Of a stretch of 64,000 nucleotides of DNA, positions 27,298 through 36,878 are shown in pieces. The DNA comes from a virus (lineage: Duplodnaviria > Caudoviricetes): the IMG/VR virus record IMGVR_UViG_3300028591_000079, positions 96,001 to 160,000 of that record. The stretch is one strand, 5' to 3'. The notes beneath the pieces are model-generated. The model made no database searches and was not told the DNA's origin. It saw nothing but the letters and a program-made list of their open reading frames with translations. A program made the position numbers and the translations under genes. How positions within the stretch are numbered: the stretch's first letter is position 1; each line of letters begins with the position of its first letter.

Positions 27298-27555
27298 ATG
27301 TATTTAGTACGTGAGGTTAAGAACGGATTTTTTGTAGATTATAAAGTAAAGGGACATTTGGTTGAATCATTTTTTGTTACGATTTCACCTAAGAAAGAGT
27401 GTTCCTGTAAATATTTTGCAGAGTCCCACAATCACTACAATCATTTTCACATCAATTTAGTAGAGCGTTGGATAAGGGATGGAAAACCGAAATCAGCGAT
27501 GTATGAAAAAACTAAAGATGGGAAGATAAGTGTACTATTTGAAGGGATAAAGTAA
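27298..27555 (+). CDS. Small SWIM-like zinc-binding protein
   Basis: ECSCKYF...HNHYNHFHI. Confidence 0.5.
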   Translation: MYLVREVKNGFFVDYKVKGHLVESFFVTISPKKECSCKYFAESHNHYNHFHINLVERWIRDGKPKSAMYEKTKDGKISVLFEGIK

Positions 27556-27556
27556 G

Positions 27557-27694
27557 ATGGAAAAACAACCGCTAATCTATAAAGAATTTGAAGCTCTAAT
27601 GAAAAGGTATGAACATAGGAAAAAAAATAGAATTCATAAAGAGCACGTAAATCCATTTAAATATAAAAAAGTGTTTAATAACAAAGGAAAATAA
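27557..27694 (+). CDS. Unannotated 45-aa basic peptide
   Basis: MEKQPLIYKEFEALMKRYEHRKKNRIHKEHVNPFKYKKVFNNKGK fills the gap between two genes with 1 and 2 bp spacing. Confidence 0.6.
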   Translation: MEKQPLIYKEFEALMKRYEHRKKNRIHKEHVNPFKYKKVFNNKGK

Positions 27695-27696
27695 AC

Positions 27697-28368
27697 ATGA
27701 GCAAAATGAGAGAAAGAGTGATGGCGATGCTAGAAGAAGTTCAAAGCTCAGCAGACATCATTGATACAAATACTACAAGCTGGGAAAGCAGAAAACTAGA
27801 TCGTGGCGAAGGTGCTTTTTCTACAGATGAGGTTACAGATTTAGGAAATATAGATCGTAATCGCATTAATCATGAACTACCAATGGATGTGTCAGATCAC
27901 AATGAAGATTTAGATCCTGAGAAAAAAGTTGTTGCAGGCATGAGCTCTATAATGATTGGTGTTTCTGAATCTAAATTTGCTCAAGATGTTAAAAAAGTAT
28001 TACAAGAACAAGATTGGGAAGGCGTAAAAGCTTGGAATCCTGATACTCGTATTGCCGCTTATCAAGTAAAACGTGCTTTAGATTCAGCATGCCCAGGTGT
28101 AAAAGGCATTCAAGTTGAAGAAGAATTGGTGGGAGAACAAGGTGAAGGTATAGCTTTTAATGTTACTGGTGGTGTAGATTGGGATCAATATGGCGAAGAT
28201 CAACAATTACCAAAAAAGCTAGATGTAGAAAATGTACAACTGGAATTAGTAGAAGAGCCTGAAGAATTTGATCACGGCATCGAAAATGTATCCAATAGAA
28301 AAAAACATTTATACAGAGTTGTAGGTACTAATTCTGTATTTCCTATTCCAACAGACGATGCTTTATAA
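27697..28368 (+). CDS. Acidic hypothetical protein (possible internal head protein)
   Basis: AAGGA SD. N-terminus MSKMRERVMAMLEE. Confidence 0.65.
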   Translation: MSKMRERVMAMLEEVQSSADIIDTNTTSWESRKLDRGEGAFSTDEVTDLGNIDRNRINHELPMDVSDHNEDLDPEKKVVAGMSSIMIGVSESKFAQDVKKVLQEQDWEGVKAWNPDTRIAAYQVKRALDSACPGVKGIQVEEELVGEQGEGIAFNVTGGVDWDQYGEDQQLPKKLDVENVQLELVEEPEEFDHGIENVSNRKKHLYRVVGTNSVFPIPTDDAL

Positions 28369-28381
28369 TAAGGATTGAGTA

Positions 28382-28783
28382 ATGGACGATTTCAATATAG
28401 AAGATTACAAAATTCACAATCCAGGCAACGATTTTGAAATGACTTATCGTGATGCTGTTGATCATTTGGAACGTGCTGTGAAATTTTTAGAAGATACACA
28501 CAAGAATCATTTTTTATTGGGTGTAGCAAGACAATTATTAGATGATGCAAAAGCTAAAAATCCCGATGATCAAGCTGATTTTGCTACTGTGAATTTTATT
28601 GCAGATTTTGGTAACCCAGAGATGATGGATAAACTAGCAGGTGAAGAAAAAACCGAAGATACTTGCGATTGGGTTAGAGCAAATAGTGTTTATAGCATGA
28701 GAGATGTTCCAGAATCTGCTCCTTCTAGATTTCGTGCATTATGTGAAGAAGAAATAGCAAAATTCAAAGATGTTCAGGGATAA
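28382..28783 (+). CDS. Acidic hypothetical protein
   Basis: AAGGA SD, tightly packed in the operon. Confidence 0.65.
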   Translation: MDDFNIEDYKIHNPGNDFEMTYRDAVDHLERAVKFLEDTHKNHFLLGVARQLLDDAKAKNPDDQADFATVNFIADFGNPEMMDKLAGEEKTEDTCDWVRANSVYSMRDVPESAPSRFRALCEEEIAKFKDVQG

Positions 28784-29327
28784 GGTAGAACAGATTTTAA
28801 AAGAGTATGATGACTTCAAGCCTGGAGATATAGTCCGGCTTGATCTTTGGTTTGGAAGGATACTAGAACATATTCAACCAGATGTATATAAAGTTTCTGT
28901 TGCTACACCGGATGGAATTCAAACAAAAGAAATATCAAAAGACCAAATGCAATTATCTTATCCCATTGAAGTTGTTACGAATTGGAATGGGTGCGGAGGA
29001 AATACAACGGATATATTAACAGATGAAGAGTGGAATCAAATAAAAGCAAATCATCCGGAAATATATAAAGATTGTTTAAAAAAAGTAGCAATGAATACAA
29101 ATTATGGGAGCTTATTGGAAGACTGGATTTTTGAGTTCTTAATGAGTAATAAAAATCCAAAGCAAGGCAAACCAGGAAGCGTTATTGATGCCGTAAAAGA
29201 TGCAAACTTCGGACCAATAATGAAATATGTAAATCCTGGAGAACAATTACATGATGCGATAATAAGACTTTGGAAAGAAGCTTTATATGTATCAGACGAC
29301 AAGAGAAATGTTTTTATGTCATACTAA
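28770..29327 (+). CDS. Hypothetical protein with an N-terminal SH3/Tudor-like fold
   Basis: MFRDKVEQILKE followed by FKPGDIVRL...GRILE....YKV. Confidence 0.6.
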   Translation: MFRDKVEQILKEYDDFKPGDIVRLDLWFGRILEHIQPDVYKVSVATPDGIQTKEISKDQMQLSYPIEVVTNWNGCGGNTTDILTDEEWNQIKANHPEIYKDCLKKVAMNTNYGSLLEDWIFEFLMSNKNPKQGKPGSVIDAVKDANFGPIMKYVNPGEQLHDAIIRLWKEALYVSDDKRNVFMSY

Positions 29328-29339
29328 AGGAAAATAATA

Positions 29340-30086
29340 ATGGCATTTATAAAGAAACAAAAATTAGTAGAAGAAACAAAAGAAGAACCAGTAGTAGAAA
29401 CAATTACTGAGTCCGTAGAAGATAATTTACAAAGTGCAATGTTAGAAGTTGTTGCAGATGAATTATCTTATGTTGCAAAACTAAATCGTATGATAGAATT
29501 AGCAGAACAAGCAGATAAAGAAGATTTGGTTGCAGTTCTCAAAAAGTCTCGTGCATCTATGAAAAGCAATATTGCAGAGGTTTATAGCAAAAGTAAAAAA
29601 ATTCTTGGTCTAACTGAAGATGAAAAAGAAGAAGTTACCGAAGCTGTTGATCCAAGTAAATTATATGATGGAGAAAAAGTAGCAGATATTATTTCAGATT
29701 ATACTGTTGATCTTATTGGAACAGAAGCAGCAAATGATTTAGAAATGATTGCACATAGCTTTTATACAGGTGAAGATTATACCGCTGAACAAATAGATGC
29801 TGAACTAAATAAATACCAAATAGATCCAGCAACTCGTGAAGCAATAGAAACAGAAATATCACAGCTACCGGATGCAAAACTATCAAGACAACAAGAATTC
29901 AAATCAGACCTAGACTCAGATATATCAACTTTAGAAAACATTAAAGATGATCTAGGAACATTTGCAGCCCAATCTCGTCTAACCGACCTTATCTTGGCAC
30001 TAAAAAATATTGAATATGATGGTCGTCCTGGAGTTGCTTGGGGAAAAAATGATTATGGTCAAGGTAAAGGTTCAATTATAGCATAA
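29340..30086 (+). CDS. Acidic helical protein (possible internal head protein)
   Basis: MAFIKKQKLVEE, with ITES, LTED and VTEA sites. Confidence 0.65.
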   Translation: MAFIKKQKLVEETKEEPVVETITESVEDNLQSAMLEVVADELSYVAKLNRMIELAEQADKEDLVAVLKKSRASMKSNIAEVYSKSKKILGLTEDEKEEVTEAVDPSKLYDGEKVADIISDYTVDLIGTEAANDLEMIAHSFYTGEDYTAEQIDAELNKYQIDPATREAIETEISQLPDAKLSRQQEFKSDLDSDISTLENIKDDLGTFAAQSRLTDLILALKNIEYDGRPGVAWGKNDYGQGKGSIIA

Positions 30087-30098
30087 GGAAGTACAACT

Positions 30099-30863
30099 AT
30101 GGCATTTCGTGAATTAGTAGTCGAAGCAATAAAAAAATCTACAGTTATGGCTAATAGTATTATTCGCCGTATGAATGTAGCTGAATGGAAAAATATATCT
30201 CGCATGACAGAAATGGATGCAGATTATATTTCAGATTTAGCTTCTTTTCATATGCCAACTTTCGATGACTTAAAAGACGATGAAAAACAAGAAGTAATTG
30301 AAAAAGTATGGAATAAACTAAAATCAGGAGAAAAACCAGAAGAAGTAATGGAAGCAAATCCTGAAGAAACACCATTGTCACAATCAGAACTCAAACAAAA
30401 AATTATGGACTATGTAAAACAAAATGGTGCTGTATTATATCCATTAGAACAAGCCGCAGAAGAATTGGCAAAATCATTATCAAATCAAAAAGAAGAATGC
30501 GGCTGTAATTGTAAAGAAGGCGAAGAAAAATGTAAGTGCTGTGGTGAATCTCCTTGCAAATGTGGACCAGATTGTGAATGTAAATGTAACAAAAAAGAAT
30601 CTGTAACTGAAGCTGTCATGAACGATATTCCACATGAGATTGATGACCAAATTCATACATTAAAAGATATGAGATTTGAATTAGAACAAACAAAAAAGAA
30701 TTGGAATATCGCCGGAGTAGAAACACAACCAATGGATCAAGTCTTAAAAGATATTGATGGGCTAATTGCAAGTCTGTATCAAAACGGTGCAAAAATGGCT
30801 GATGATGAAATTTCAAAAGGCACATCAGAAACAGAACAAAATATAGAAAAAGATGAAGAATAA
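30099..30863 (+). CDS. Acidic protein with a cysteine-rich insert
   Basis: MAFRELVVEA, and CGCNCKEGEEKCKCCGESPCKCGPDCECKC. Confidence 0.65.
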   Translation: MAFRELVVEAIKKSTVMANSIIRRMNVAEWKNISRMTEMDADYISDLASFHMPTFDDLKDDEKQEVIEKVWNKLKSGEKPEEVMEANPEETPLSQSELKQKIMDYVKQNGAVLYPLEQAAEELAKSLSNQKEECGCNCKEGEEKCKCCGESPCKCGPDCECKCNKKESVTEAVMNDIPHEIDDQIHTLKDMRFELEQTKKNWNIAGVETQPMDQVLKDIDGLIASLYQNGAKMADDEISKGTSETEQNIEKDEE

Positions 30864-30946
30864 AACTCTATTTAGAACAACAAATAATCAAAAAATATCG
30901 TGAGTTCTATAGATAAGAGTTATAAAACAAAATAAGGATTTATAAA

Positions 30947-33160
30947 ATGGCAATTGTTGGAAACTTCCCTGGCGTATACCCAACCATTACTGATTTATCT
31001 CAGGTGGTTACTGCAAATTCTGTTACTTCATGTGCTTATGTTGGCGAAGCAGAGTTTGGACCAATAAATACACCAACTCTTATAACAAATAAAAAAGGTT
31101 ATGTAGATCGTTTTGGCGCAATAAATTCAAAATATGGCTATATGGGATATTCATTGGCTGTAGCCGCAGATGCAATTGGTCAACACTACATTGTGCGCGT
31201 TGTAAATGAGGACACTGCGCGTTATGGTCAAGCTAGCGTTGCATTAACCGGAGAGTCAGTTGAACAACCAGAAGATGGTTTGACAATTTCTTATGTAAAA
31301 TCTGCAGATAAAGACTCTGGATATCTATTTACCAATGGTGATGAAACAATAACTTATGATACAAAAACTGCATTCAAGATTGTTTCACAAAACCCAAATA
31401 ATAAAAAAATAGTTGTTCAATTAGAAGATTCTACAATAAACACAAATAAAACATATAAATCCTTAAAAACAACAATTGCAGATAATCAAGTAAAAGTTAC
31501 AGTTCAAGATGAGGGCGTTTTTGAGGCAGGTGATACAATTATTGTTACCTGCCCACAATGGCTTGTTGATGTCAAAAATGATGATGGTGAGATTGTTGAG
31601 CAAATTCCTTATGAAAAACGTTTTACTGTTGAGTCTATTGGAAAAAGTTATTACTATACAGCAGAAGTAACCAACGGTGGAAATACCGACGGAGAGCATC
31701 CATACAATGTTGGAGATATTTTGACTTTGGTTGGTGCAACACTAACACCAGACCCAGAAACACAACAAGAAAGAACATTACAATGTCAAGTTGCAACAGT
31801 TGAAAATGGTGTGGTAAAAACAGTAAAAGTTTTAACCGGTTCTGATTATAACAAATTAGAATCTGAGTCTGCAAGCGGATTTTCGACAACTGGCGAAACT
31901 AGTGGAACTGGATGTGTTATAAAAATTAATAACAAAGAAAAATCTGATGTTGTAATTTATAATGATACAGAAACACATACGCCAAGTTCCGTTAGTACAC
32001 TTAAAATATTAAAGTATCCGGAAAAAGAAGATACAACATTTTCAATTTCTGTTTATGAAAATAAAAATAAAAGATTAGAAAAAGTTGAACAATTTAATTA
32101 TTTGACATTGTTTGAAAACAAAGATCAATATGGTAATTCTACATTCGTAGAAGATGTCGTGAATGGGCGTTCAATATATATAAAAATTTACGCAAATCCA
32201 TATATTGAAATAGAAAATCCTGTTCCAACTTTTGGCAGTTATAGCGTTGATCATGGAACATCAGGAGTTTCACCAACAATTGATGAATTGGCAAAAGCTT
32301 GGGATTTATTCTTAGATCGCACACAAACAACTGTTAGCTTATTGATGAATTGTGGTTACGTTAGTGACACAGAAAATTTATATCAACAGGCTATGCTTAA
32401 CGTTGCAGAAAAGCGTCGTGATTGTTTTTGTTTGTTTGATGTTCCATCAACAACAACAAGCATGGAAGGGGAAAATACAGTATTAGATTGGCGCAAAAAT
32501 GTAAGTGGTATGACCACATATCGTGGGGCTTTGTTTACTCCTTGGGTGAAGTCATATGATACTGAGAATGGAAAACGAAACTTCAACATGTGTCCGTCTG
32601 CATATATTGCAAAAATCATGGGCGCAGCTGGAAAACCTTGGATTGCTGCTGCTGGTCCGAATCGTGGTTATTATACATCATCAGTGGTTTCCCCAACAGG
32701 ATTAACGTCTTATTATGATGAAGAAACTGGCGGTGTTTTATACCAGAATCAATTGAATTGCGGAATCAAAGATATTGCTGGTTATGCAAACTGGGGTCAA
32801 AAAACATTACAAATGAAACCATCCGCATTAGATCGTATAAATGTTGCACGCACAGTTATTTATATTGAAACAACATTGCGTGATGCTGCAAGATATCACT
32901 TATTTGAAAACAATACAGCATTTGAACGTATGCAGATCACACTACAATTCAATCAATTCTTGGATGAGGTTTTGAATGGTGGCGGGTTGAATCGTTATCA
33001 AGTTATCTGTGATGATTCAAACAATACCCCATATATCATTCAAAACAATCAATTAGTAATTGACATTTATTTGTGGCCAGTATATACAACAGAATTTATT
33101 GCTTTGAATACAATTGTAATGGGGGCCGATGCCGAAATAACAATTTCTTCAAACGCATAA
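30947..33160 (+). CDS. Contractile tail sheath protein (gp18-like)
   Basis: FPGVY...DLS, G.AEFGP.NTP.LI, AEKRRDCF, W.AAAG.NRG, LYQNQLN, WGQKTL, SALDRINV.R, LFENN, Y.V.CD.SNNTP..I.NN.L..DI...P. Confidence 0.95.
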   Translation: MAIVGNFPGVYPTITDLSQVVTANSVTSCAYVGEAEFGPINTPTLITNKKGYVDRFGAINSKYGYMGYSLAVAADAIGQHYIVRVVNEDTARYGQASVALTGESVEQPEDGLTISYVKSADKDSGYLFTNGDETITYDTKTAFKIVSQNPNNKKIVVQLEDSTINTNKTYKSLKTTIADNQVKVTVQDEGVFEAGDTIIVTCPQWLVDVKNDDGEIVEQIPYEKRFTVESIGKSYYYTAEVTNGGNTDGEHPYNVGDILTLVGATLTPDPETQQERTLQCQVATVENGVVKTVKVLTGSDYNKLESESASGFSTTGETSGTGCVIKINNKEKSDVVIYNDTETHTPSSVSTLKILKYPEKEDTTFSISVYENKNKRLEKVEQFNYLTLFENKDQYGNSTFVEDVVNGRSIYIKIYANPYIEIENPVPTFGSYSVDHGTSGVSPTIDELAKAWDLFLDRTQTTVSLLMNCGYVSDTENLYQQAMLNVAEKRRDCFCLFDVPSTTTSMEGENTVLDWRKNVSGMTTYRGALFTPWVKSYDTENGKRNFNMCPSAYIAKIMGAAGKPWIAAAGPNRGYYTSSVVSPTGLTSYYDEETGGVLYQNQLNCGIKDIAGYANWGQKTLQMKPSALDRINVARTVIYIETTLRDAARYHLFENNTAFERMQITLQFNQFLDEVLNGGGLNRYQVICDDSNNTPYIIQNNQLVIDIYLWPVYTTEFIALNTIVMGADAEITISSNA

Positions 33161-33186
33161 TAAAGACAACAAAAGGATAATGAACA

Positions 33187-33735
33187 ATGAGTATTCATAC
33201 TTTAAAATCTATCAATAATTTGAATGATCCTATTAAACAATTTTTGATAGACTTCAATATTGTATTGCCACAAGGTGTATTTAACTTTGATGCTCAACAA
33301 TTAGAACTTCGTGCACAATCATTTAGCTTTCCAACAGTACAAATGGATGCTACCGAGGTTTGGTGGGGTGGTCATCATCGCCAATTTGCCGGCAAACAAA
33401 CTCGTCAGGGGGATTGGAACGTTACTTTTACAGAAGTTTGGTCCGGAGATGTTATTGATGGATTCCGTAAGTGGATGCAATTAGCTCATAACTTCACAGC
33501 CGGTACAATTTCTTTGCATGAAAATTATATGACAAGTGCACAAGTAAATTTATTGAATCCTGACTTGTATGACCCAAAACCACAAGGTGCCGCAGCAAAA
33601 GCCGTAACTTTGAAAATGTTGTATCCCACACAAGTTCAAGTAGATGGTACAATTAATCCTTCAAGTTCTGAACCTGTAAATATGAGTTGTACTTTACATT
33701 ATTCATATTTCTTGATGTCAGGAGAACAAGAATAA
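33187..33735 (+). CDS. Tail tube protein (gp19-like)
   Basis: Directly after the sheath. LRAQSFSFP, FAGK....DWNVTF.E, YPTQV, L.YSYF. Confidence 0.85.
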   Translation: MSIHTLKSINNLNDPIKQFLIDFNIVLPQGVFNFDAQQLELRAQSFSFPTVQMDATEVWWGGHHRQFAGKQTRQGDWNVTFTEVWSGDVIDGFRKWMQLAHNFTAGTISLHENYMTSAQVNLLNPDLYDPKPQGAAAKAVTLKMLYPTQVQVDGTINPSSSEPVNMSCTLHYSYFLMSGEQE

Positions 33736-33790
33736 AACAGACACTGTTAAACAATTAGTTTCTATATTATCTCCTTTTGATTGTCTGTTC

Positions 33791-33827
33791 ACCCCGCTAT
33801 TAAATAAAGTAAGATAGTGGGGTTTTT
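33791..33827 (+). terminator. Intrinsic terminator after sheath-tube
   Basis: ACCCCGCTAT/ATAGTGGGGT stem followed by a T-run. Confidence 0.75.
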
Positions 33828-33887
33828 CATTTTTTACATAAGTTCTATTAAGTGTTATAAAAATTTCCCCCAAAAAAGAATTTCATA

Positions 33888-34439
33888 ATGGCATTAACAC
33901 AAATAAGATCTATAAATAATTTATCTGACCCACTAAGACAATATCAATGTAAATTTCATATTTCTAAAGGGCTTGGTACCGCCGCATTAGCTTTGGTCGG
34001 AAATGATATGGTAAGAAAAGAAGATTTTGAACTTAGAGCAACTTCTTGGACTTATCCCGGAACACAAATAAAAACTGTTGATACTGTAATTTTTAATCAT
34101 TATAGAAAAAGACCAAGTATACAAGATAAATCGGGCACATGGAGGGTTAGTGTTGTGGAGGATATGCACGGAAATGTCTTGCAGAGTATTCAAGATTGGT
34201 GCGATAATATAATGAACCCAATGACAGGCGTTATGCTTCCATCTGAATTTTATGTTGGCATGGCATCTGTTGAAATTTGTGGACCAGATATGAAATCAAA
34301 CAAAACATTATATTTGCGTGGTTTTTATCCTACAAAGATCGGTGAAATAAAAATAGATCCAAGTAGTTCAAACGTTGTTACTGTTGATATTGAGTTTAAT
34401 TATGACTGGTATTCTGAAAACAAAGTATTAGGACTTTAA
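33888..34439 (+). CDS. Second tail-tube-fold protein
   Basis: Paralog of 33187-33735, sharing SINNLxDP, ELRAxS, YPT and I.PSSS. Confidence 0.8.
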   Translation: MALTQIRSINNLSDPLRQYQCKFHISKGLGTAALALVGNDMVRKEDFELRATSWTYPGTQIKTVDTVIFNHYRKRPSIQDKSGTWRVSVVEDMHGNVLQSIQDWCDNIMNPMTGVMLPSEFYVGMASVEICGPDMKSNKTLYLRGFYPTKIGEIKIDPSSSNVVTVDIEFNYDWYSENKVLGL

Positions 34440-34445
34440 AACAAC

Positions 34446-35225
34446 ATGGCTTATACTCCAACCATTTATGAAAATCCAGCAATTATATTGAGGCGTAGAC
34501 GTTTTGGCGGAATGACAATAAAACATTTAGACGGTGCACCAAACATAAAAAAAATAAAAATAATAAAAAAACCAATAAAAGAATATAACTATAATCAAGA
34601 ATTTTATAAACAACTCAACAAACAAACACAAAGAGGCAATATTGATATAACACAAGGGCAAGACTTGACACCACCAGAAAAAAAGATATATAAAAGAGCA
34701 ATTACTAGAGATATGAAAGGAACAGATATTGTTCAAGTAGAGGCTGATAGAAGAAATCTTTCGGTTACATATACAGACAAAAATGGTAATATAATAATAA
34801 AACAAGGTGGAAATAAGGCTTGGAGAACAAACAACCCTGGTAATCTTAGTTTTTCATCATTAGAAAAAGCAAAAGAGTCTGGTGCAATTGGAGTGTGGGA
34901 AGATGCAGAGGGACATAAATTTGGCATATTTCCATCAGAAGAAGCTGGCGAAAAAGCATTAAGAGAAAAATTGCAAGAAAGAAGATTCTCATATAGAAAA
35001 GATGGCTCAAAAAGAAATATTGCACAAATGATCTCGGAAATATATGCACCAGCTTCTGACAATAACGATTCTTCTGGTTATGCAAGATTTTTAAGAGATC
35101 GTTATGGTGTAGATGTGTATAATAAAACTGTTGAAGATTTAGATAGAGATGAAATGGACAGATTGATTCAAGGTATTGCAGCAAGAGAAGGAAATAAGCA
35201 GGGAACATTAATAACTCAAAAATAA
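34446..35225 (+). CDS. Virion-associated lysozyme-like protein (NNPGNL family)
   Basis: AWRTNNPGNL, F.IFPS.EAG.KA, YAPASDNND..GY, I..REG. Confidence 0.7.
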   Translation: MAYTPTIYENPAIILRRRRFGGMTIKHLDGAPNIKKIKIIKKPIKEYNYNQEFYKQLNKQTQRGNIDITQGQDLTPPEKKIYKRAITRDMKGTDIVQVEADRRNLSVTYTDKNGNIIIKQGGNKAWRTNNPGNLSFSSLEKAKESGAIGVWEDAEGHKFGIFPSEEAGEKALREKLQERRFSYRKDGSKRNIAQMISEIYAPASDNNDSSGYARFLRDRYGVDVYNKTVEDLDRDEMDRLIQGIAAREGNKQGTLITQK

Positions 35226-35260
35226 TAAGATAATAGTTCTATGTAATAAAGGATTAAATA

Positions 35261-35968
35261 TTGAGCTTAAGATTTAGATCACAACTTTCAGTAGATTTAA
35301 TGCCAGATGAACAAATCGATAATCGCTGGGAAGTTATTATGCCCAAAATGAATTTAAAAACTTCAATTGTTGATTATCCATATTATCCAATTGTCGAATC
35401 TATTCATTTTGCACCTTTAGGATTTAAAAACTCAACAAACGTAAGGGCTGTAACCACATATTATAATATACCGGTTGACAAAGAAGATGCAAAAGAAGCA
35501 AATATAACAATGTATTGTGATACCGGAATGTTGGCCCAATATTATATTGCAGCATGGAAAGAACTTATGTTTGACCAAAAACATGAATATTATTATTATC
35601 CTTGGCAATACAAAAAAGATATCGTCGTTTTGTTTTTTGGTGCTGGCTCTGCTGCTCCAACAGCAAGGTTTTTACTAAAAGGATGTTATCCAATAATACA
35701 AAATGATTTTGAATTACAATATACGAGAGATCCAAAAAGACTACGTATAACGCAAAAATTCAATGTTGATAGAGTTGTTTATGACCCTGCATATTCAACA
35801 AGCGCAATTATATCAACTTTTGCGTCTGGAAATCCTCTTGGAATATTGAGTGATACTGCACTTGCCGCAGCAACAGACAGGGCCTTTGGAACAGCTACAA
35901 GCTGGTTCGGAGGAGATAATTTTGAATCAGATAAAAACTTTAGTTATAACGGTTCGCCAATAAATTAA
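35261..35968 (+). CDS. Tube-fold baseplate protein (gp54-like tube initiator)
   Basis: NRWEV, Y..AW..L, LKGCYP, EL.Y, ITQKFNVD. TTG start with an AAGGA SD and AGTTCTA at 35235. Confidence 0.6.
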   Translation: MSLRFRSQLSVDLMPDEQIDNRWEVIMPKMNLKTSIVDYPYYPIVESIHFAPLGFKNSTNVRAVTTYYNIPVDKEDAKEANITMYCDTGMLAQYYIAAWKELMFDQKHEYYYYPWQYKKDIVVLFFGAGSAAPTARFLLKGCYPIIQNDFELQYTRDPKRLRITQKFNVDRVVYDPAYSTSAIISTFASGNPLGILSDTALAAATDRAFGTATSWFGGDNFESDKNFSYNGSPIN

Positions 35969-35981
35969 AAGGAGAAAACAT

Positions 35982-36716
35982 ATGGTACAAGAAGAATATT
36001 ATAATGTAGAGCTTCCAGGTAAGAAAAATTATGATCCAAATATAAAAATAGAAATCAAAAAAATAACACCATTTGAACAAAAAAAATTTTATTCACAAAT
36101 GGTGGCGGCTCAAAATGAAGAAGAACAAGACAAGGTTGTGAAAAATTTTATAAAAAGTCTTGTTAGGTGTGAAGGTATTGCTTTTGAAGATATATTCTAT
36201 CCTGATTATATATTTTTATTGTATCAAATAAGAGAAGTTACTTATAAACTCTTTCCACTAAAATATCATTATACATGCTCTGAATGTGGACAAAAACAAA
36301 GTGTAGAAATAAAAATAGATACTCTTCAAATTGAATCTCTTGATGAAAAATTAAAGGACGTTGTTGAGTTGGATAATTTTGGAGAAGTGGCAATAAGATT
36401 TAAAGTTATAAAAGATGATGATATTGTTACAGAATTTTTAAAAAGAAGAGGAGAAGATCCAGAAGATATATTTATGCGCATTTTAGCAGCAGAATTGTCA
36501 TTACTAGATAAATGGCAACCACTAGAAGAAACTTGGGAAATGGCTAAAACAGGTCAAATCACTTCTCAAGATATTTTGCGAATAGAAGATTTTATTGCAA
36601 ATAACAATTGGGGGGTACACGAAGAGGTTCATCATAAATGTTCTAAATGTGGTAAGGAGGTGGCAGAAAGCTATTCTATAGACCCTGCTAGCTTTTTTTC
36701 CACTAATAACGATTGA
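35982..36716 (+). CDS. Baseplate hub / tail assembly chaperone (gp26-like)
   Basis: V.LP, D..FLL..IR..TY, two CxxCG zinc motifs and a C-terminal SFF. Confidence 0.75.
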   Translation: MVQEEYYNVELPGKKNYDPNIKIEIKKITPFEQKKFYSQMVAAQNEEEQDKVVKNFIKSLVRCEGIAFEDIFYPDYIFLLYQIREVTYKLFPLKYHYTCSECGQKQSVEIKIDTLQIESLDEKLKDVVELDNFGEVAIRFKVIKDDDIVTEFLKRRGEDPEDIFMRILAAELSLLDKWQPLEETWEMAKTGQITSQDILRIEDFIANNNWGVHEEVHHKCSKCGKEVAESYSIDPASFFSTNND

Positions 36717-36876
36717 AGAAATATTAGAACGTGAATACTATTTAATAACTGAAATGCATATGTCATATAGTGATCTTGAAACAATGCCGATGGAATATAT
36801 AGAATGGTTCTACAGAAAAGATTACTATGAAAAAAACAAAGATCAAAACAGTGAAGACGCAGTAACAGGATTGTAA
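36694..36876 (+). CDS. Unannotated gp51-like frame reached by a probable +1/-2 frameshift
   Basis: The +1 frame from the T7 run reads FFPLITIEEILEREYYLITEMHMSYSDLETMPMEYIEWFYRKD... and stops 2 bp before the tape-measure ATG. Confidence 0.7.
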   Translation, partial: FFPLITIEEILEREYYLITEMHMSYSDLETMPMEYIEWFYRKDYYEKNKDQNSEDAVTGL

Positions 36877-36878
36877 TA

